From a virus: a DNA stretch of 64,000 bases. Positions 57,031 through 64,000 of this stretch are shown piece by piece. Positions within the stretch are counted from its first letter, which is position 1, and the number at the start of each line of letters is the position of its first letter. The notes below the pieces were generated by a model. It was not told where the DNA came from and did no database searches. It was given only the letters and a program-made list of their open reading frames with translations. Both the position numbers and the translations under genes were made by a program. The stretch lies in IMG/VR virus record IMGVR_UViG_3300008050_000024, positions 39,869 through 103,868 of that record; one strand, 5' to 3'.

Positions 57031-57558
57031 TTATGAAACCTTAATCACCCCACTCCTAATCAATTCCCGTACAACACCAAAAACATGCTTGCAGAAAGTA
57101 GGGACTTGTCTCGGATTCCTTATGTTAGGAGGGGGTTTGATTCTCGATTTTGGCTTGCCCAAGTGTGATCCATGTTTCCATAACACATGAGCTAGCCAAA
57201 AGTTGAACGCCGGACAGTCGCATTTAACTTCTACAGGTAAATTCGTTCTGAGTCTTTCTCCAGGCTTATTGCGCAATACGCGCATGCTTACCCTGTATTG
57301 GACATTTCTATTGATAGACCGTACTTGAAACCTAAACAGTACGAATCGATCTTTTAGATTAGGTTCTTTTAATTCCGTAATCTCATTCCGTGCTATGGGA
57401 ATGGATCGAGGGAATACAGTTTCGAAGTTATCAGCTAAAGATTTGAGTGATAACTTGGGACGCGGTTTGTCGTCATCTAAGACGTCACTCCCTGACTTAA
57501 CCTTGCCTTGCAGGTTAAGTAATCTAATAATGCGATCAACTTGAGATTCCTCTGCCAT
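57031..57558 (-). CDS. SWIM-type Zn-finger protein
   Basis: VKCDCPAF...NP...FCKH. Confidence 0.65.
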   Translation of the reverse strand: MAEESQVDRIIRLLNLQGKVKSGSDVLDDDKPRPKLSLKSLADNFETVFPRSIPIARNEITELKEPNLKDRFVLFRFQVRSINRNVQYRVSMRVLRNKPGERLRTNLPVEVKCDCPAFNFWLAHVLWKHGSHLGKPKSRIKPPPNIRNPRQVPTFCKHVFGVVRELIRSGVIKVS

Positions 57559-57577
57559 TTTGTTTACTTGATAGCTC

Positions 57578-58027
57578 CTAGCCGTATCGATACGGCTCTA
57601 TTTTTAATCGCTGGATTACCACTTCCTTAATACCCTCTATTTTCTCGATATCTGCTATACGCCAGTAATAGAATCGTTCTCTAGATATCTTCGGAAATTT
57701 AAAGCGGCAAACCGCGCCAATTGACAGTGTCTTGGGTACCTTCTTGGGATACATATAGTAATCCCCGCCCGGATCTGGATTCTTGGTATAATTCTTAATA
57801 CCACGCAAACCATACAAGGGCAAAAGAAGTACAGTCAAACTACCATCAGCAGCTACAGTTAAATCATAAGAAAGATTCAACGTATCCTGTTCATCCAAAA
57901 AATGAGCGCCTGCCGGTACGTCTATAGAATTGAAAAAATCGCACCGAACACCCCAGAACTTGAAAAGAGGGTTTAGCCTTGCCGGTCGAGATAATACTTT
58001 TTCAACGACCTCTTGAACGCTTCCCAT
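57578..58027 (-). CDS. Head closure / neck protein (putative)
   Basis: Position and beta-rich C-terminus; context only. Confidence 0.4.
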   Translation of the reverse strand: MGSVQEVVEKVLSRPARLNPLFKFWGVRCDFFNSIDVPAGAHFLDEQDTLNLSYDLTVAADGSLTVLLLPLYGLRGIKNYTKNPDPGGDYYMYPKKVPKTLSIGAVCRFKFPKISRERFYYWRIADIEKIEGIKEVVIQRLKIEPYRYG

Positions 58028-58036
58028 ACCCTTCCT

Positions 58037-58279
58037 TTACTTTGGAGTCTTAATATTTCTACTCTTTAGAGTTGCTTGGATCTTTGATTTTGTTTCATCG
58101 TTTAGTGTAGAACGCGCATTTGTTGCTACTGTTCCCGGGAACAAGAAAATCTCCCCAGTCTCAGGCAGATAGGACCCCATGACATCGAACTTAATTCCCG
58201 ACTGCATAAAAGCATCTTCCTGAATGGAAGTGGATTCGGTGATTGTTTCCTGTAGTTCTTCACATAGGGTCTTTTTCAC
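58037..58279 (-). CDS. Small hypothetical protein, possible internal head protein
   Basis: N-terminus KKTLCEELQETITE resembles that of 46324..46656. Confidence 0.5.
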   Translation of the reverse strand: MKKTLCEELQETITESTSIQEDAFMQSGIKFDVMGSYLPETGEIFLFPGTVATNARSTLNDETKSKIQATLKSRNIKTPK

Positions 58280-58287
58280 GTATACTC

Positions 58288-58824
58288 CTAGGCTAAATCA
58301 GTGTGCTCGGCTATCTCTTCCCGGGCTTTATCGTACTTTTCTTTACAGTCATTCAAAATGGATTCAGTGTCGATACTAATTTCTAGTTCTAACTGTCCCA
58401 GATTCAACACATTGTGAATAGCTTGTCCGTACTGACCAAACATTAAATCACTTAATGGTGTTGGTAGATCTGCGTGTGTTTTAAAATCGGCCAGTGTGGT
58501 TTTGGCGGACTGTATCTTGACTAAGAAACTGCCCGGATACATATCGGACAAAACGGGAGAATCGTAACAATATTCTTTATAGTAGTCTTCTCCGTCTTTA
58601 TCAAAAATCCAAATGATCTGGTCAGGGGCTTCTACCGCCGCAAAAGTATGAGACACGCCGGTCACTTCCAGTTCAATAGTCGTGCCCGTTCCACTTGACT
58701 TATTGTACCGGTTCCAGTAATTGAGGCTCTCTTGTATTATGCCGTCTATTTCGACAAGAGCCTCTTCTAAGTCCCGTACTCCTAGTCTAGAATTAAATAT
58801 TTTGATTAGTTCTTGTTTACGCAC
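58288..58824 (-). CDS. Neck/adaptor protein (gp13-like candidate)
   Basis: Near the capsid gene; I.ESLNYW and C-terminal ID.ESIL..KE...EEI. Confidence 0.5.
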   Translation of the reverse strand: MRKQELIKIFNSRLGVRDLEEALVEIDGIIQESLNYWNRYNKSSGTGTTIELEVTGVSHTFAAVEAPDQIIWIFDKDGEDYYKEYCYDSPVLSDMYPGSFLVKIQSAKTTLADFKTHADLPTPLSDLMFGQYGQAIHNVLNLGQLELEISIDTESILNDCKEKYDKAREEIAEHTDLA

Positions 58825-58948
58825 TGTTTACGCCCATCGATCGTACTATGAGATGCAAAAGACCCGAACAGACAAAGATGATCAAAATTGACGTAAAAAA
58901 GGAACGCCAGTCTTGATCACTATGTCTAGGATCAAAAGTCATTTTGTA

Positions 58949-59719
58949 CTACTTCGCAGTTGATTTTGTTCGGGTCAACGCAGGCTTGGCTGCGTCTTTT
59001 TTCTTGGTTGCTCGTTTTCGTGTTACCGTCGTCGTTCTTTTAGGAGGTTCGAAAGAGACAGTAGCATCAAGGACTTCAGCGGCACTTACCGTATTGTCTA
59101 CAGCGTCAGCGTCTATAGCTGCTTCCTGTGCTTCCACATCTAGCAGGGTCGTTTCCCCGGGAGGAATTAAGACATACTCTTCTACATCTAAAGAAGGCGC
59201 TACCGCATCCGGTGGAATCAATGTCTGTTCTACTACAGCGCCACCCGGATCGGTATCGGTAAAAGAGTCGGCCGTAATAACAGCCATATCACTGGCAGTA
59301 ATTGTTTGAGACTCGCCTTCGACAATTACCGGATCTACGAGCAACACATTACCTGTAGCCGTTTCATCCTGGGGAGGAACGGTAGCAATAGCGGGCGCTG
59401 CTGGGACAAAATCCCCAACCGCAGGAAAGCTATTATCAAATCGATTAGCTTCCAGGGCTGAAACAGGTTCTCCTCTATGGACGATCTCGTCGCCATTCTC
59501 ATCTACTTCTGGAGCAAATTGCTTAGGAACGGAATCCCCTGCCTGTACATCCCAGGCCTCTGGCACGGGTAGAACACGATTCTGCGCCAGTTCTCCCATA
59601 TTCGCAATGGGAAGGTCCGTGTAGGGAAGTTCTGTGATTATTTGCGCATTAAATTGATAGACAATACCGTGAATGCGAACACCTGTGGCCCCTTTTGGAG
59701 CCGCGTTGTAAACTAACAT
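58949..59719 (-). CDS. Acidic low-complexity protein with basic C-terminus
   Basis: SD GAGG; directly after the capsid terminator. Confidence 0.6.
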   Translation of the reverse strand: MLVYNAAPKGATGVRIHGIVYQFNAQIITELPYTDLPIANMGELAQNRVLPVPEAWDVQAGDSVPKQFAPEVDENGDEIVHRGEPVSALEANRFDNSFPAVGDFVPAAPAIATVPPQDETATGNVLLVDPVIVEGESQTITASDMAVITADSFTDTDPGGAVVEQTLIPPDAVAPSLDVEEYVLIPPGETTLLDVEAQEAAIDADAVDNTVSAAEVLDATVSFEPPKRTTTVTRKRATKKKDAAKPALTRTKSTAK

Positions 59720-59763
59720 CTTTCACCTCTGTTTTTGTCAACTGTTTGGTTAGAACTGTTTTA

Positions 59764-59823
59764 ATAAAAAAAGAAGGCGGCGAACACCCGAGAAAAACAG
59801 CAAAAATCCCAAGTGCTGCCGCC
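59764..59823 (-). terminator. Long-stem intrinsic terminator after the major capsid gene
   Basis: mRNA GGCGGCAGCACUUGGGA...UCUCGGGUGUUCGCCGCC then UUCUUUUUUU. Confidence 0.75.
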
Positions 59824-59846
59824 AGTTCCTTTTTTGCGACTAGTTT

Positions 59847-61349
59847 TTAGGCACCAGTCAAATCAACCTTGTGGGTGTAACGGGGAACGAGTCCACCATA
59901 TCCAGCCCATTCAGCTGCGTCTCTCTGCTTCTGCAGGGAGTTCTTCCCGTAGGAAGTCAAGTCAGTGATAAGCAGTCCCATGTAGGATGCTTTATAACCA
60001 GCAGACTTGAAAGGACTCTTTGGTGAGTTGTAAGCACACAGCGCTTGGTCATCACCAATTTGTCCCGGAGCATAAATGACTACAATGGAGTCATCGAGCA
60101 CACCCAGGATGGAAGGACCGTATTCTTCGGACATTCCAGCAGGCTTGAACCCGTCAAGGTCTTGAATGAAGTCGGCCATGTTCATCCCGCACACAATACG
60201 GTTAATGAATCCGTCTCCGGATCGGCGCTTCATATCAAGGTTAGCAGATCGAATGCGGGACATCAGTCCTTGCTTGTATCGAATTTCTTCGATAGTTCCA
60301 GCATTGGCATTCGTCCGAACGAAAGTTTTCCCAACCAGACCAGTATTTGCTGCCAGAGAAGCTTTCAAGGCCTCAATTGCTCGATAGCTGGAGATAGCAG
60401 CCATAAGCTGTGTAAGCTCAGTTGCGTTTTCCTGATCGATCAAAGACCCGAAGCGGCGGCGCATTTGATACTGCTTCAACAGTCCAACGGTGGTTCCGAT
60501 GGCGTTGATGTCGGCTGTGACCTGCTTGGTACGGTACGAGGTGTCGACCTTGGGAATCTCATCGAGTTTCTCCATGTCGATCTCGGCGGACCAGGTAATG
60601 GCATGAGTAGCAGCGGGATCGGCAGTGAGGTTAAGGACAACAGCCCCTGTCACATAGTTTACCGTTCCACCCCCAGCAGACCCTACGAGGTTCCCTTCTC
60701 CGTCGTCCGAGAAATTCAGGGCAAGTCCAGCAATGTGGATTTTTACCCGACCCTTTCTCAAATTGGCGGAAGTAGGAACAGCGTATGCTCCAAGGTTTCC
60801 ACTAGCAGTAGAAACACCGGAAGTCTGGTTAGCCAAAAGGGATGCTGAATAACCAGCCAGCTTGGAGTGGAAATCATCCGCCAGACCTTCATCTGCTTTC
60901 ATGAAGGCTGCTCCAGCAGTGGTTCCATTCCTGGCCTGGTTGAACATGAGGTCCTTGAAGTAGACATTACCAGTCTCTTCGTCTAAGAATTGATGGGACA
61001 CCGTAATTGGTGCAATACCAAGACCGTAAGAAGCGGTGATAACGTCATAAGCAACAACGGGAAGAGATCCCAAGTCACTGATAGACCCCTGCTCCATGAG
61101 GACATCCTCACAAAACATTTCGAATTGCTCAAGCAGGCTGCCTACATAGTAAGCGTCATGCTCATTAAAACTCTTTCCAGCAAGCCTGAAAATGTCCGAG
61201 CTGCGCAGATCATCAAGATAAGGACCGTATACTTCGGCCTCATCATAATAGTTAGCACGATTGGACACCTGCTTGGCGTACTGCTCTTCAGTAAGTGAAC
61301 GGGCGGGACGCCTGGATGGGGCCCTTCCCTGGTTTTTTCTCAAATGCAT
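59847..61349 (-). CDS. Major capsid protein (T4 gp23-like)
   Basis: Follows the protease-scaffold gene; ~500 aa; Q...G.VYF, KQVTA, GTVNYVTG; SD GGAGG before ATG 61349; strong terminator downstream. Confidence 0.85.
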   Translation of the reverse strand: MHLRKNQGRAPSRRPARSLTEEQYAKQVSNRANYYDEAEVYGPYLDDLRSSDIFRLAGKSFNEHDAYYVGSLLEQFEMFCEDVLMEQGSISDLGSLPVVAYDVITASYGLGIAPITVSHQFLDEETGNVYFKDLMFNQARNGTTAGAAFMKADEGLADDFHSKLAGYSASLLANQTSGVSTASGNLGAYAVPTSANLRKGRVKIHIAGLALNFSDDGEGNLVGSAGGGTVNYVTGAVVLNLTADPAATHAITWSAEIDMEKLDEIPKVDTSYRTKQVTADINAIGTTVGLLKQYQMRRRFGSLIDQENATELTQLMAAISSYRAIEALKASLAANTGLVGKTFVRTNANAGTIEEIRYKQGLMSRIRSANLDMKRRSGDGFINRIVCGMNMADFIQDLDGFKPAGMSEEYGPSILGVLDDSIVVIYAPGQIGDDQALCAYNSPKSPFKSAGYKASYMGLLITDLTSYGKNSLQKQRDAAEWAGYGGLVPRYTHKVDLTGA

Positions 61350-61489
61350 AATAGTTTCCTCCGTAGAAGACGTTTTTAATTGAAACAACGTCACGCTTCC
61401 AATCAGGTCCGAGATGACGTGACCGGAGGAAGGTAGTTGACTACTGTCGCAAAAAGTTGATTAAAAGTATTGCGGAAACGGTGTTTTAA

Positions 61490-63304
61490 TTACCGTCGAT
61501 TATCTCGGTTGGTGCTGGCGACCAGTGTAGAATTACCAGTTACCATAGACTCAACAAGGCTCTTCTTGCGAGGGCGTCCACCCCGGCCTTCATCCTTGTC
61601 AGCGTCTTTCTTCTTAGGAGGAGCTTCATCTTCCTCTCCACCTTTGTCGTCCTCTTCTTCGCGGAACTTACCACGTCCGCCTTGAGGCATGTCACCCATA
61701 ATGCCGTCTTCGCGCTCTTCCCTTAACTTGTTAAGGCGTTCGCGAAGTCGCTGAGGTGCGGCGTGTCCGGAAGGGGACTGTCGGGAATTACGATCTTCGT
61801 CCATTCCTGCTCGACCCCCACGGCCTGGCATATAAGGGGCATTGAAGGAATCAGATCCTTCATTAACTTTCTTGTGTCCCATGGACTCGATTACCGATAC
61901 AAGCTTGTCAGGGGATACACCGGACTCAATAAGACCAATAACAGCGGCCTCTTCCAAGTCGTAGTCCTCAGCAGCTTTAATAACTGCATCAGCGGTTCGG
62001 TCCTCTTCGATCTTCTCAAAAGCAGAAGCGGCTTCTTCAATCTCTTGAAGGGCTTCCTGGGGACTGTCAGCGATTTGATTCCAAGCCTCAAGTTTCGTTT
62101 GAGCTTCGGAAATGGTAGTTCGAATTTGTTCCGGGGTGCCCACTTCTTCAAAGAACTTAGTGCTCTCATCAAGCTTGGCAACGGATGCATCGATTACCGC
62201 CTTAACATCCTCTGCGGATTCGCCCAGGTCTCTCCATCCGTCTACTTCTTTTTTCAGTTCAACAGCTTCACCCATGGGGGTGTAACTTTCCAGAACTTTG
62301 GAAGTATTCTGAGAAGCACTCTTGGCTTCCTGCAGAGCTTGTTGGGTTTCTTCGAGGTTGCCGTCTTGTGCTTCCTTCAATGTGCGGAGAGTGGTATGCT
62401 CTTCTGACAGCTTGGTATGTGCTGTATTGAGCTTATCAAACTTCTCGCTCATTTCGCGATATAACTTTTCCCATTCCATATCCTCTCCTTTGGTGAGGTC
62501 TAGGTTTTCTTCCTTCTTAGACTTTTTCTTGTCGTCCGAAGGCTTACCAGTGTTTACTACCGAAAAATCAATGGCGTCGTCGTACCTCGAAGATGACGTA
62601 GGTTGATCGCCTTCATTCTGAGAATCTTCGTACAATACCATATCTTTAGGCATTGTAACCATACTCTCGAACAATTGAATTTGGTCGCCGGACAAACTCT
62701 CGGCTACTCTTTCGTAATTGGGTTGAGCCTGTAAAAAGCCCGGCTTAGATACAACGTCAAACCTTTCAAACACATACTTATCAGGATCCACTATGGGGAT
62801 GTGCTGTCCTGTAGTTTCATCATAGAACTTTTCGTTCGATCTGAACTTACCATCTGCTCTAGAACTAAAGTAAAGATGAACGCCCCCCGCCCACATAGCG
62901 TGAAGTGTTCGGCCTACTTCTGTATCTAGTACATAGGACTCTGCATACCCTTGCAGTGTTCCGGATCTCCGGATGATCTGCATCTCTCTTGTATAGTGAG
63001 ATACTTTTCCTTCCCGGATCTCTACGTCTGTGATTTCCAGGTCATGTCCAATCGTACCCATAACCTGACCTAATAGCTGTCGTTGGATGATAGCTGGATT
63101 TTTAACTACCTTAATCCACAGTTCTTCTTCGTACTTCCTTACATTTCTAGAAATGCCTTCCGGGACAAAATGATCGCCCTTCAAAATTCCTAAAATCTTT
63201 AACCCTTTGGCTACGCCTTCTTGTACTTTAAGGTCTTCGCCTTCCGGGATGGGGAAGTATTGATACCGAACTGGACTGATTAGGCCAAATATCTTACTCA
63301 TCAA
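61490..63304 (-). CDS. Prohead protease (gp21-like) fused to scaffold (gp22-like)
   Basis: NVRKY, GTIGH, VSH, LDTEVGR, SSRADG, FDVVSKPGF, followed by an acidic coiled coil. Confidence 0.85.
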   Translation of the reverse strand: MMSKIFGLISPVRYQYFPIPEGEDLKVQEGVAKGLKILGILKGDHFVPEGISRNVRKYEEELWIKVVKNPAIIQRQLLGQVMGTIGHDLEITDVEIREGKVSHYTREMQIIRRSGTLQGYAESYVLDTEVGRTLHAMWAGGVHLYFSSRADGKFRSNEKFYDETTGQHIPIVDPDKYVFERFDVVSKPGFLQAQPNYERVAESLSGDQIQLFESMVTMPKDMVLYEDSQNEGDQPTSSSRYDDAIDFSVVNTGKPSDDKKKSKKEENLDLTKGEDMEWEKLYREMSEKFDKLNTAHTKLSEEHTTLRTLKEAQDGNLEETQQALQEAKSASQNTSKVLESYTPMGEAVELKKEVDGWRDLGESAEDVKAVIDASVAKLDESTKFFEEVGTPEQIRTTISEAQTKLEAWNQIADSPQEALQEIEEAASAFEKIEEDRTADAVIKAAEDYDLEEAAVIGLIESGVSPDKLVSVIESMGHKKVNEGSDSFNAPYMPGRGGRAGMDEDRNSRQSPSGHAAPQRLRERLNKLREEREDGIMGDMPQGGRGKFREEEDDKGGEEDEAPPKKKDADKDEGRGGRPRKKSLVESMVTGNSTLVASTNRDNRR

Positions 63305-63890
63305 AAACTCCTAGAGCTTCTGTGCAAAGTTCGACAAATTTTATGTTTTCTAAATTTTGTTCTTTCATTTCTTCAATGATCTTAGGGTTAAGTAGGGTTA
63401 AGATCATAACCATTGAATCTTCGTCTAACGCTCCACCTTGTTCCAGCGAATACAGTATTTCTGTCATACGAGGATCACAATCCTCATACATCAAATCCCA
63501 TTCCGCTTGTCCCATTGGAGTTGGTACGATATACTGGTCACAAATGGACAGATGGCTTTTCATCCTAAGGAATTCTAATTTAGGAATGACGCCTTCGTCT
63601 TTGCGAGCCCTTGTCGCCACATAACGACCTAATGTACGATGAAAACGCTTACCCTCCGTAGAAGCATGAAAGCGTTTAATTCCTTTTTTGTAGGTCTGTT
63701 TATTTTGACGGAAGTTTCGTTTCTGTTGCCTTGACTTCTTTCGGTCTTTAATGTGGTCAATGCTTGATTGCCTGCGAAGCACCATTTCTTGCATATGGTG
63801 TGCCTCGCTAAAGTCGACGTCAAGGTCGTACTCTTCTTTAGCTTCAAACCGAAGCAGTTTTAAATCACTTTCCCAAAAACTCTTAGACAT
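63294..63890 (-). CDS. Head-region hypothetical protein with basic central helix
   Basis: Upstream of the protease gene, with overlapping stop/start. Confidence 0.55.
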   Translation of the reverse strand: MSKSFWESDLKLLRFEAKEEYDLDVDFSEAHHMQEMVLRRQSSIDHIKDRKKSRQQKRNFRQNKQTYKKGIKRFHASTEGKRFHRTLGRYVATRARKDEGVIPKLEFLRMKSHLSICDQYIVPTPMGQAEWDLMYEDCDPRMTEILYSLEQGGALDEDSMVMILTLLNPKIIEEMKEQNLENIKFVELCTEALGVFDE

Positions 63891-64000
63891 GCCGTTTTTT
63901 GAATAACGCCGAAGGTATTATAGGTCTGAGTATAGCACTATAGGTTTTGATGGCGTTTCCTACTCCTTCCACTGTGCAGCTAGTACAATACAATTCGAAC

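Noticed and set aside
60045-62407. Long + strand ORFs (267 aa, 214 aa) opposite the capsid and scaffold genes
   Set aside because: Antisense to strongly biased structural genes, with no motifs or RBS.

Overview
This window is a 64-kb segment of a large, probably lytic, T4-related contractile-tailed phage genome; I found no host-like genes, integrase, tRNA or CRISPR array. It has two convergent halves meeting at about 28.1-28.2 kb. The + strand (1-28086) encodes DNA modification, replication, recombination and nucleotide metabolism: a QueC/HAD/TGT(DpdA)-like 7-deazaguanine cluster, a beta-type sliding clamp, a UDG-fused family A DNA polymerase, a DnaX-like clamp loader, UvsY/SSB/RecA-like proteins, a 5'-3' exonuclease, a resolvase, a split SbcC plus SbcD, class II RNR, dUTPase, ThyX and small regulators. 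The - strand (63890-28217) encodes morphogenesis and lysis: a protease-scaffold fusion, major capsid, neck, sheath, tubes, chaperone, tape measure, baseplate, PAAR, fibres and glycine-rich adhesins, an endolysin and spanin-like genes. Strongest leads: (1) a membrane-anchored protein with an intact receiver domain in the holin position, overlapping the endolysin gene, which suggests lysis controlled by phosphorylation; (2) a K-[GS]-F-F terminal motif shared by the DNA-modifying transglycosylase, the polymerase and the flap nuclease, which suggests clamp-coupled DNA modification, alongside a UDG domain with an altered uracil pocket; (3) a candidate +1 frameshift (TTT_CGT) in the tail chaperone gene. 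All calls come from motif recognition by eye; no database searches were run.
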